From NCBI GenBank assembly GCA_033762295.1, contig JANRLW010000101.1, positions 1 through 44,756 of the forward strand: a stretch of DNA of 44,756 bases. The letters are read 5' to 3'. The DNA comes from Capsulimonadales bacterium (GTDB lineage: Bacteria; Armatimonadota; Armatimonadia; Armatimonadales; Armatimonadaceae). The number at the start of each line of letters is the position of its first letter. Position 1 is the stretch's first letter. Shown in pieces: positions 32,864-41,738 of this stretch. The translations under genes and the position numbers were made by a program. The notes beneath the pieces were generated by a model. The model ran no database searches. It worked only from the letters and a program-made list of their open reading frames with translations, and was not told where the DNA came from.

Positions 32864-35398
32864 ATGATCAACGACCCCACCCTTCCCGCCATTCCGCCCC
32901 CGGACGAAACCCCGCCGACCGTCACGGTCGCCCCCGGCGGTTACGACGGCCCCAAGATCGAGATCTCCGAGGAGATGCGGTCGTCCTATCTCGGCTACGC
33001 GATGAGCACGATCGTCTCACGCGCCCTGCCCGATGTGCGGGACGGACTGAAGCCCGTTCAGCGACGCCTGCTCTACGCCATGCGCGAACTCGGTCTTTCC
33101 CCGAACTCCCGCCACCTCAAATCGGCCAAGGTAGTCGGCGAGGCGATGGGCAACTATCACCCGCACGGGGATCAGGCGTTGTACCTCACGATGGTCCGGA
33201 TGGCCCAGCCGTTCTCCCTCCGCTATCCGCTGGTCGAAGGTCAGGGGAACTTCGGAAGCATTGACGATGATCCACCGGCGGCAATGCGTTATACTGAGGC
33301 AAGATTGATGCCTTTAGCGATGGAAATGCTGGAGGATATAGAAAAAAACACGGTAGACTTCGGACCGACGTACGACAATGAGCGGACCGAACCGCTGATC
33401 CTGCCCGGCAAGTTCCCGAACCTGATCTGCAACGGCAGTTCGGGTATCGCCGTCGGCATGGCGACCAATATGCCGCCGCACAACCTGCGGGAGGTGTGCG
33501 ATGCCGCCATCCATCTCCTCGACCATCCGAATGCGACGGTCGATGACCTGATGCAGCATATTCCCGGCCCCGATTTCCCCACCCACGGACTCATTCTGGG
33601 CATGAAGGGCATCAAATCCGCCTACCATACCGGACGCGGAATCATCACCATGCAGGGAAAGACGACCATCGAGCCGATGGACGGGGGCAAGAACGCCATT
33701 GTCATCACCGAACTGCCCTACCAGGTCATCAAAAGCCGCCTGCACGAGCAGATTCTGGAAATCGCCCGCGAAAAGAAGGTGGATGGCATCACCGCCGTCA
33801 ACGACTACACCGACAAATCCGGCATGCGGCTCGTGGTGGAACTCCGACGGGACGTCATGCCTCAAAAGGTCCTGAACTACCTGCTCAAGCATACGCCCCT
33901 CCGTCTCAACTTCGGCGTTATTCTGCTTTCCCTGACCGAAAACGGACGGGCGCCGCGGACGCTCTCGCTCAGAGGGCTGCTCGCGGAGTACCTGGAACAC
34001 CGGCGGATCATCATCACCCGACGGACCCGGTTCGAACTCAATCGGGCCAAAGCCCGCGCCCATATTCTGGAAGGTTTGCAGATCGCCGTCCGCTTCCTGG
34101 ATGAGGTCATTCAAATCATTCGTCGGTCGCCCAACACCGAAACCGCCCGGGGACGCCTGATCGAACGGTTCGATTTTTCCGGAATTCAGGCGGAAGCGAT
34201 CCTGAACATGCAGCTTCGGCAGTTGACCGCCCTTGAGCAGGACAAGATCGAAGGGGAGTACAAGGACCTGCTGAAGGAGATCGGACGGCTGGAAGATATC
34301 CTGTCCGATCCGCGTCGGGTCAGCGCGCTGATTCGGAGCGATCTGAAATACCTGAAGGACAAGTTCGGCGACGACCGTCGGACGCGTATCTTCCCCTCCG
34401 AGGCGGAGGAGATCAACATCGAGGACCTCATCAAAGATGAGGACATGCTGATCACCATCACCAAGGACGGCTACATCAAGCGGCTGCCGCTCGATTCCTT
34501 CCCGACGCAGAACCGGGGCGGCAAGGGGCGTATCGGCGGGAAGACCAAGGACGAGGATAACTTCGAACACTTCTTCCGGGCGTCGACGCACGACTACATC
34601 CTGTTCTTCACCGATCGCGGGCGGGTCTACCGGCTGAAGGCCTATGATGTGCCGCAAAGCACCCGGCAGGCGATGGGTACGGCCATCATCAACCTGATCC
34701 AGATCCTGCCGGACGAACGGATCACGGCGACCATCCCGATTCGTGACCTTCGCAACGCGGAGGGGTTCCTGCTGATGGTGACGGAACAGGGCGAGATCAA
34801 ACGCACCGCGCTGTCGGAATACGCCAATCTGCGGGCGAACGGTCTGATCACTTTCGACCTGGAGGAAGGCGATAAACTCGGCTGGGTCAAGCACACGTCG
34901 GGGAACGACCGGGTGATTCTGACGTCCGTCCGGGGGATGGCGATCCAGTTCGAGGAGGGGGATGCGCCCGGTCGCGGACGCGCCGCAGGCGGTGTTCGCG
35001 GTATGACGCTGGAGGGTCCGAACGACCGGATCGTCGCCGTGGATCTGGTCACCGACAACACCGTCCTGCTGGTGGTCAGCGAAAACGGCTACGGCAAACG
35101 CACCCCGATGTCCGAGTATCGGCTCCAGTCGCGAGGCGGCAAGGGAGTCAAGACCATGGATATTACCGAGAAGACGGGCTCACTGGTCGCCGCCTGTATC
35201 CTGCCGTCGGAGGGCATCGAGGATTTCCGCCTGGTCATCGTCACCGAAAACGGCATTGTCATCCGGATGCGGGTCGCCGACGTGCGTCAAACGACGACCC
35301 GGTCGACTCAGGGCGTCAAGCTGATCGAAGTCGCGGAAAACGACCGGGTCAAGACGGCCGAATACCTCGACGTTTCCAAGAAGGATCACGAGGGTTAA
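32864..35398 (+). CDS. gyrA: DNA gyrase subunit A
   Basis: [33 protein letters not shown], GyrA-box QNRGGKG, C-terminal pinwheel repeats. RBS AGGAG at 32850. Confidence 0.97.
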   Translation: MINDPTLPAIPPPDETPPTVTVAPGGYDGPKIEISEEMRSSYLGYAMSTIVSRALPDVRDGLKPVQRRLLYAMRELGLSPNSRHLKSAKVVGEAMGNYHPHGDQALYLTMVRMAQPFSLRYPLVEGQGNFGSIDDDPPAAMRYTEARLMPLAMEMLEDIEKNTVDFGPTYDNERTEPLILPGKFPNLICNGSSGIAVGMATNMPPHNLREVCDAAIHLLDHPNATVDDLMQHIPGPDFPTHGLILGMKGIKSAYHTGRGIITMQGKTTIEPMDGGKNAIVITELPYQVIKSRLHEQILEIAREKKVDGITAVNDYTDKSGMRLVVELRRDVMPQKVLNYLLKHTPLRLNFGVILLSLTENGRAPRTLSLRGLLAEYLEHRRIIITRRTRFELNRAKARAHILEGLQIAVRFLDEVIQIIRRSPNTETARGRLIERFDFSGIQAEAILNMQLRQLTALEQDKIEGEYKDLLKEIGRLEDILSDPRRVSALIRSDLKYLKDKFGDDRRTRIFPSEAEEINIEDLIKDEDMLITITKDGYIKRLPLDSFPTQNRGGKGRIGGKTKDEDNFEHFFRASTHDYILFFTDRGRVYRLKAYDVPQSTRQAMGTAIINLIQILPDERITATIPIRDLRNAEGFLLMVTEQGEIKRTALSEYANLRANGLITFDLEEGDKLGWVKHTSGNDRVILTSVRGMAIQFEEGDAPGRGRAAGGVRGMTLEGPNDRIVAVDLVTDNTVLLVVSENGYGKRTPMSEYRLQSRGGKGVKTMDITEKTGSLVAACILPSEGIEDFRLVIVTENGIVIRMRVADVRQTTTRSTQGVKLIEVAENDRVKTAEYLDVSKKDHEG

Positions 35399-35402
35399 GC
35401 AG

Positions 35403-35441
35403 CGGGAGACGGACGGTTTAGCTGCCGTCCGTTCTCGTTTT
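35403..35441 (+). terminator. Intrinsic terminator-like hairpin after gyrA
   Basis: ACGGACGG / CCGTCCGT stem followed by TCTCGTTTT. Confidence 0.55.
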
Positions 35442-35482
35442 GCCCACTGGCTCCGGTCGCCGGCTCTTCGTCGTTGCCCGGC

Positions 35483-37225
35483 TTACAGGCGTGGTCCGGG
35501 GGGTTTGATCGGCGGTTCACAGGAGAGGACCCCTGTGGCCCGCATTTTCCGCCGGTACAGTTTGCCCCCGGCGGTGACGTACAGATAGTTCTTCCCCGGC
35601 CCACCGAAGGTCAACCCACGAGGGATGCCCGGCGGCGGCAGGAGAATGCCGTTGACCCGGCCCGCCTGATCCAGCATCTGGACTCCGGCCTCCGTCGCCA
35701 CGTAGAGCCAGCCGTCGGTATCCGCCGCCATTCCGTGAGCGAACGGCGCGGAATGTCCGTACACGGTCGCCAGGTCGTGATATCGCTGCCCGTCCCCGAC
35801 CCCGGCCGCCGTGATCCGGTACGACAGTACGTATTTTCCCTCCTCCGGCGGCGGCGCGACGAACAGAAGCGACTGGTCCGGAGACAGCAAAAGCGTCGGT
35901 GAACGAGGGTGCTCCCCCACCCCCTGACGGAACGTTTCCGCCCATTTCCCGGAGAGCACCGAGCCATCCTCGGTCAGCCCGTACATCGTCCCGTCGTGGG
36001 CGAACGCGAGCGAAACCACCTCGATTCGACGCTTCTCCCCCTCTTTACCGTCCATCCCGACCGCCACGACCTCCCGGCTGCGGATCACATACAGCTTTCC
36101 ATCCGGCCCGAACGCTCCGATACGTCCTTTGATCCGATCCGACAGAACGGTCACTTTCCCGTCCGGGGCGACCCGATAGAGCGTCTTTTCCTCGCCGTCG
36201 TTCACATAGACGTTTCCGGCCGGGTCCGCGGCCAGATTTCCGCCCGCCAGCGCCTCGCCACCGAGAGGGATCGCCGTCCAGGTTTCGCCCGGCTCAACGA
36301 CGGAGGAGATCGGCTGTCGTCCCGAGGGGGTCGCCACAACCGGGGCCGGATATCCTTTCCAGGCGAAGCGCAGTGCGTCCGGCAGAACCGCCGCCCCATG
36401 CTCTCCGTTGTGTCCGCCGTCGCCGACGACATACTCCACTGCGTACCCGGCGAACTTCAGCGCGGCCGCGACATCGTTATTGCCGATGAACCAGGAGCCG
36501 GAGTAGATATCCTGGTCGTTCGAGCCTTCCTGCAGAAATACCCGGATCGGTTTCGGCTCCGACTTGCGAATCCAGGTCGGATAGGTATGTCCCCCACGCA
36601 GATCGGTGAAGGAGCCGATGAACGAAACGACACGTCGGAACAGATCCGGCCGGGTCCAGGCCGCGGTAAAGGAAGCGATGCCCCCCGATGACGCCCCGCA
36701 GATCGCCCGTCCATTCGGATCGGAGGTCAGTCGGTACTTTTTGCCGACCTCGGGCAGGAGTTCCTGGGTCAGGAAGCGGGCATAGGTATCGTCCACGGAA
36801 TCGTATTCGACCGACCGATTATAACGTGGCAGAGCGTTGGGGTTCGCCGAAGGGACGACCCCCGGATTGACGAAAACGGCGATCGTCACCGGCATCTCCC
36901 CTTTCGCGATCAGATTGTCCAGAACGGTCGGCGTCCGCCACTGCCCGTTCCGGTCCTGATACCAGCCGCCATCGTTGAACACCAGAACGCAGGCGGGTTT
37001 GGTGCCGTCGTACTGTTTCGGGACATAGACCCAGCAGTCCCGTTCGGTTCCCGGATAGATCCGGCTGGAGGCGAACTTGAAGTAGGACACCTCCCCCTTC
37101 GGAACACTTTCCTGCACCTGGGAATCGGGGCCGTAGGGATATTTCGTCTGCGCGGACGCCGGCATCCGCGCCCACGGAGCCAGCAGGAGAACGGACGCCG
37201 CCACGGGCAGCCATTTGCGTTTCAT
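35483..37225 (-). CDS. Secreted Fes-like esterase fused to an SMP-30/gluconolactonase beta-propeller
   Basis: YPGTERDCWVYVPKQY, VFNDGG, NRSVEYD, nucleophile motif GASSGG, GGH. C-terminal GMAADTDGWLYVAT..GVQMLD, LTFGG. Confidence 0.87.
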   Translation of the reverse strand: MKRKWLPVAASVLLLAPWARMPASAQTKYPYGPDSQVQESVPKGEVSYFKFASSRIYPGTERDCWVYVPKQYDGTKPACVLVFNDGGWYQDRNGQWRTPTVLDNLIAKGEMPVTIAVFVNPGVVPSANPNALPRYNRSVEYDSVDDTYARFLTQELLPEVGKKYRLTSDPNGRAICGASSGGIASFTAAWTRPDLFRRVVSFIGSFTDLRGGHTYPTWIRKSEPKPIRVFLQEGSNDQDIYSGSWFIGNNDVAAALKFAGYAVEYVVGDGGHNGEHGAAVLPDALRFAWKGYPAPVVATPSGRQPISSVVEPGETWTAIPLGGEALAGGNLAADPAGNVYVNDGEEKTLYRVAPDGKVTVLSDRIKGRIGAFGPDGKLYVIRSREVVAVGMDGKEGEKRRIEVVSLAFAHDGTMYGLTEDGSVLSGKWAETFRQGVGEHPRSPTLLLSPDQSLLFVAPPPEEGKYVLSYRITAAGVGDGQRYHDLATVYGHSAPFAHGMAADTDGWLYVATEAGVQMLDQAGRVNGILLPPPGIPRGLTFGGPGKNYLYVTAGGKLYRRKMRATGVLSCEPPIKPPGPRL

Positions 37226-37280
37226 GGACGTTATTTCCTTGATCTTGATTGAGGACGAAAATGCCTTCGACGGATTCCGT

Positions 37281-38654
37281 TCAGGTCACGTCGACCGGGG
37301 ATTGCCGGTTTTCCATTCGGCCCGCGACCAGCGCCAGGACCGCGCCGATCAACACCGAGACCGCCAGCAGAATCAGCCCGTAGGCGAAACTCCTGGTCGC
37401 ATCCTTCACATAGCCGATGGCGTACGGTCCGAGAAAGCCGCCCAGGTTTCCCACGGAATTAATCATCGCGAGTCCCCCGGCCACGGCAATCGCTCCTCGC
37501 TGACCCAGAGCCTGTTTCGCCATCGCCCAGAACGGACCGAGCATCGCCCACATACCCGACGCCGCCAGCGACAGGGACGCCAGCGACAGGGCAGGGTTCT
37601 CCAGGAACGCACAGCCGACCAGACCGGCGGCGCCGAAGAGTGCGGGCACGAAGATATGCAGAGGACGCTCCCCGGTCCGATCCGAATGGTAGCCGTTCAT
37701 TACCAGGAATGTCCCGGAGATCAGGTACGGGACCGCCGAGAGAAACCCGGTCTGCAGCGGGGTCAGGTTCCCTATCCGCTGGATCAGTTGCGGCAGCCAG
37801 AGAGAGATACCGTACATGCCGACGACGAAGAAAAAGTAGCAGCCACACAGCACCCAGACCGACGGATACCGCAGAATATCCGTCAGATGACCTTTCTCCT
37901 CGCCGCCGGGATCCGACCGGACCTGAGCCGATCGCCGCTCCTCGCGCAGCCGTTCCTGAACACGATCCTTCTCCGCCTCGGTCAGCCAGGAGGCGTTCCG
38001 CGGGCCGTCGGGGAGATAGGCCAGAACGACGAAGGCCATCAACACCGCCGGCAGTCCTTCCAGCAGGAACATCTGCTGCCACCCGGTCAGTCCGGGAATA
38101 AACTTCGAGGTCATCAGCCAGCCGGAGAGCGGACCGCCGACGATGAAGGAAACCGCGTTGGCGGTCATGAACCAGGCGATCATCTTCGCCCGCTCCTTCG
38201 CCGTGAACCAGAAGGTCAGGTAGAGCAGAATCCCCGGAAAGAATCCCGCTTCGGCCAATCCCAGCAGGAATCGCAGGAGGTAGAAGGACGGAACCGAGTT
38301 GACGAACAGCATTCCCATGGCGACCAGGCCCCAGGAGACCATGATACGCATGATCCAGCGTCGCGCCCCGAACCGTTGCAGCAGAAGGTTGGAGGGCACC
38401 TCGAACAGGAAATAGCCGATGAAAAAGATTCCCGCTCCGATTCCGTACTCCGTCTCGCTGAAGTTCAGATCCTTCGCCATCGCGAGTTTCGCGAAGCCGA
38501 CGTTCACACGGTCCAGGTAGGCGATCACGTAGAGGAAGAACAGGAAGGGAATCAGACGCACCGCCACCTTACGCATCAGGGCGTCGTCGCCGGGGCGCAC
38601 GAGCGGTTCGCGGATCGGCGGGTCCGAGACGGCGACCTCCGAGGATAGGGACAT
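37281..38654 (-). CDS. MFS transporter, anion:cation symporter (tartrate/phthalate permease-like)
   Basis: YLDRVNVGFA, FEVPSNLLL, RFLLGLAEAGFFPG, WQQMFLLEGLP, INSVGNLGGF.GP. Confidence 0.92.
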   Translation of the reverse strand: MSLSSEVAVSDPPIREPLVRPGDDALMRKVAVRLIPFLFFLYVIAYLDRVNVGFAKLAMAKDLNFSETEYGIGAGIFFIGYFLFEVPSNLLLQRFGARRWIMRIMVSWGLVAMGMLFVNSVPSFYLLRFLLGLAEAGFFPGILLYLTFWFTAKERAKMIAWFMTANAVSFIVGGPLSGWLMTSKFIPGLTGWQQMFLLEGLPAVLMAFVVLAYLPDGPRNASWLTEAEKDRVQERLREERRSAQVRSDPGGEEKGHLTDILRYPSVWVLCGCYFFFVVGMYGISLWLPQLIQRIGNLTPLQTGFLSAVPYLISGTFLVMNGYHSDRTGERPLHIFVPALFGAAGLVGCAFLENPALSLASLSLAASGMWAMLGPFWAMAKQALGQRGAIAVAGGLAMINSVGNLGGFLGPYAIGYVKDATRSFAYGLILLAVSVLIGAVLALVAGRMENRQSPVDVT

Positions 38655-38764
38655 GGGAAAGGAATCGTCCTTGATCGGGAATTTACGGACGATTCCACAG
38701 GCAAAAGGTAAAATCCTTCGGATCGACCGAAGGGTCCGCCGGTCAGTGACCGGCGGTTGTGGGG

Positions 38765-39517
38765 TCAATCGACGAAGCGGTACTTGATCAGGGTCAGGAG
38801 GGCATCGACACCATCGGTCCAGCGGATCTTTTTGCCCTGCTGGTTGGTGCGCGCCACGTAGTGGATCGGCACTTCATGGATCCGGATACCCCGCTTCAGT
38901 ACCTTTGCCGTCACCTCCGGGCAGAAATCGAAACGACGGGCGCGGAGCGACAGGGAGCGAAGCAGGCTCAAACGGAACATCTTGTAGCAGGTCGCCTCAT
39001 CGGTCAGGCGCGCGCCGGGGAAAAGGAGATTGGCGCTTATGGTCAGAATCCGGTTGGCCAGCCAGTTGGCGAATTTCATTCGCTGCACCGACCCCTTGAA
39101 CCGGGAGCCGTACACCACATCGGCGGCGTTCTCGGTCAGCACCGGCAACAGATTCAGAAACTCCTCGGGGTCGTACTCGAGATCGGCATCCTGCACGATG
39201 AGGAAGTCTCCGGTCGCCTCACGGATGGCGGTCAGGATCGCCGCGCCCTTCCCCTGGTTTTGTTCGTGGTAGAAAACACGAACATTATCGTAGCGTCCCT
39301 CGATCTCGTCGCGGAGAATGTCCCGGGTTCCGTCGGTGGAGCCATCGTCGACGATGAGAATCTCCATCGGCACCGGCACCTCCCGCACCCGCCGGAGGAT
39401 CTCCCGGAGGGTATTTTTCTCATTGTAGGCGGGAATGGCGACGGACAGGAGATAAGGGGCAACGGACGGAGCGTTGCGCGTCTCCCCGGCAGGACGTTCG
39501 ATCACGGCGGCAGACAT
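38765..39517 (-). CDS. GT2 glycosyltransferase (dolichol-phosphate mannosyltransferase-like)
   Basis: SVAIPAYNE, VDDGSTDGT, NQGKGAA, QDADLEYDP, VYGSRF, TD..TCYK, GKKIRWTDG. Confidence 0.93.
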   Translation of the reverse strand: MSAAVIERPAGETRNAPSVAPYLLSVAIPAYNEKNTLREILRRVREVPVPMEILIVDDGSTDGTRDILRDEIEGRYDNVRVFYHEQNQGKGAAILTAIREATGDFLIVQDADLEYDPEEFLNLLPVLTENAADVVYGSRFKGSVQRMKFANWLANRILTISANLLFPGARLTDEATCYKMFRLSLLRSLSLRARRFDFCPEVTAKVLKRGIRIHEVPIHYVARTNQQGKKIRWTDGVDALLTLIKYRFVD

Positions 39518-39752
39518 AAGTTTCAGCTCCCCGAGACGGGGAACTCCTTTCTAGCGGCGACGGCGCCGTTCGGTTTCGAGCGACATTGCCCGATACGCCG
39601 TCAAAATCCCTTCGGCGATATGACTGTATACGCACTGCCGCGGAAAAAAAGTCCGTGTTCCCGCGCTCCGCCCGACGGTTCGGAGTTCGTATTCCTGGTA
39701 CAAAATACCATGCTCCCCCCCGCCTTTCCAGTGGGCGGATCGCCATAGATTG

Positions 39753-40088
39753 TCATAGCCGACGCAGCAAAAGCTGATCCTGACGGGCGATGTATTCGGA
39801 GATGGAGCGGATCTCCTCGCCTTCGGCGTTGCTCGGGACCTTCTCCGCTTCGAAATCCGGGTCGAGTCGGACGGTGATCAGCTTGACTGCCGACGGCGTG
39901 AAGATGGCCGCCGTGTCCTCCGATTCCACATAAAGGAACGCGCTGTCGTCCCGCGCTTTTTCCACCAGATGGGCGACATCCCGACAGGCCGCGTACATGG
40001 TCTCCTCAATCACATATCCCGCTTCCACCGACTCCGAATATCCTTCGATCGTCAGCAGGACATGGTAACGATTTCGTACGGCAGACAT
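39753..40088 (-). CDS. Hypothetical acidic protein
   Basis: 111-aa ORF with RBS AAAGGAGG and typical codon use. No recognised domain. Confidence 0.7.
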   Translation of the reverse strand: MSAVRNRYHVLLTIEGYSESVEAGYVIEETMYAACRDVAHLVEKARDDSAFLYVESEDTAAIFTPSAVKLITVRLDPDFEAEKVPSNAEGEEIRSISEYIARQDQLLLRRL

Positions 40089-40307
40089 GATCCGAGCCTC
40101 CTTTGCCGGGGACGCCGACCGATCGGATAAAAGGACGGCGGCGTGTCTCCTTCCCTATATCGCCTTTTTGCGGACCCTGACAGGTAAATATTTATTTACT
40201 ATTTCGATACCTACAGGGGGACCGGTCGTTTTACCGATAATCCGGGGGGAAGTCCGAACCGCCCCGGACGGTATCCACTTTCGCAGGACATCCAACAGGA
40301 GTTTACT

Positions 40308-40991
40308 ATGCAACCATCCTCCGGTGTCGAACTGAAGCCGGGAGCGGCTCTGGCCCTCACGGTCGTTCTTCTTGCCTGGATCATCTACTTCCTTAAGCCG
40401 ATTGTCTCCCCGGACCCGGCCGACGCCAAACCGAAACCGCGCCCGTCCGTCCGTGTTACCGCGACCGCCGCCCCTGACGAAACCGCGGACAGCAAAATCG
40501 ATCAGGACATGACCCTTGCGGAAACCGCGCCGCACGGCGAACCGATCGATCGCCTGCCGGATGGAAAAGGCGTCGTCACTCTGGAGAACGGCGAGCAAAA
40601 ACTTCGGACGCATGAACCGACCCGGTTGCGCGTCGAGTCCTCGAACGATTATGCCCGGATTACCGTTCTTCAGGCCGAGCCGGAGCAGTGGTGGATTCCT
40701 CAGGCCTATTGCGCCTATCCGCACGAACTGAAAGTCGGCGAGACGCTGTACCTCCACCTGAGGGCACGCTCCGCAACCGAAAACCCGGTCTGGGTCATTC
40801 TGGAGGAGGGGTCCAACCCCTACCGGAAAAACTTTTCACGGCATCTTCAGTTGACTCGCGCATGGAAGGATTACGCGTTCAAGATCCCGGTGAAGGTGCC
40901 CGATGTTGCGGATCGCACGCGCATCCGCATCCAGGCCGGAGAGAAGGTCGGCACCATCGACATTTCCCATCTGGAAATCCGCCGCCTGTAA
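40308..40991 (+). CDS. Membrane-anchored protein with CBM4/9-like (galactose-binding-like) domain
   Basis: RBS AGGAG, N-terminal TM, Pro-rich linker, domain W..Q....LKVGETLYLHLRARS...LTRAWKDY.F. Confidence 0.7.
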   Translation: MQPSSGVELKPGAALALTVVLLAWIIYFLKPIVSPDPADAKPKPRPSVRVTATAAPDETADSKIDQDMTLAETAPHGEPIDRLPDGKGVVTLENGEQKLRTHEPTRLRVESSNDYARITVLQAEPEQWWIPQAYCAYPHELKVGETLYLHLRARSATENPVWVILEEGSNPYRKNFSRHLQLTRAWKDYAFKIPVKVPDVADRTRIRIQAGEKVGTIDISHLEIRRL

Positions 40992-41078
40992 TCATGAAGG
41001 CGAAAACGGACCGGCAACGCCTACATCGCGGTGCCGGTCCGTTGTCCTCCTTTTTCCGTCTCTCCGAAAAATGTCCGC

Positions 41079-41429
41079 TCAGAACTGAAAAAGAGGCGAC
41101 GACGTAAGATGCGCCAGTCGGATCAGTTCCAGCAACACGAGAACCGCCAGCAAACCGATCCCGCCCCGGACCGCCTGACCACGCCGTCGGTCGCCGAAAT
41201 CGGTATAGAGGATAACCGCCGAAAGCCCGGTGGCGAGCAAAACACCCGCCGGGACAAAGATGCCCGAACGGATCAACCAGACGCCCAACGCGTCCGCTGA
41301 CGCCGATCCGTGCGTCAACGCCGCGATACTGCACACCATATGAAGGACGCTCAGCACGAAGAATGCGCAGGCGGCCAGGATCGCCTGCGGATCCGCCGGC
41401 AGATCGAACCGCAACAGCCGAACATTCAT
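41079..41429 (-). CDS. Hypothetical small membrane protein (about 3 TM helices)
   Basis: Three hydrophobic stretches. Fills the intergenic gap. Confidence 0.6.
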   Translation of the reverse strand: MNVRLLRFDLPADPQAILAACAFFVLSVLHMVCSIAALTHGSASADALGVWLIRSGIFVPAGVLLATGLSAVILYTDFGDRRRGQAVRGGIGLLAVLVLLELIRLAHLTSSPLFQF

Positions 41430-41649
41430 GATCCCGTTTCTTACGTTTTGTAGTGTCACGTTTCCCGACCTCCGACCATCAGGGGACGCTGGGTCCCGAA
41501 CGGATAACTTCCGTCCCGAGCCCTACACCAAGTATATTTGACAGGTTTATCCCGGCTTTGTAGGTAGAAATATGATGACTAAAGGGAATTGTTCCGAAGA
41601 TTTGTCCGGGCGTCGCCACCGGAGGAACGGAAACCTCGATCCGTCCGCA

Positions 41650-41695
41650 TTGTCACGGGAAGCAGGTTGGTGTAAAATGTTTAAGTCCGTTTAAG
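41650..41695 (+). promoter_or_regulatory. Sigma70-like promoter with downstream GTTTAAG direct repeats
   Basis: TTGTCA (41650), 17-nt spacer, TAAAAT (41673), then GTTTAAG at 41679 and 41689. Confidence 0.5.
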
Positions 41696-41738
41696 CGATG
41701 GTCCGCGGGGATGTATCCGTCGGGAGAAAGGGCGAACG

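Noticed and set aside
33280..33310. Intein or intron currently present in gyrA
   Set aside because: The reading frame is continuous ([10 protein letters not shown]) and of normal length. Only a compositional anomaly remains.
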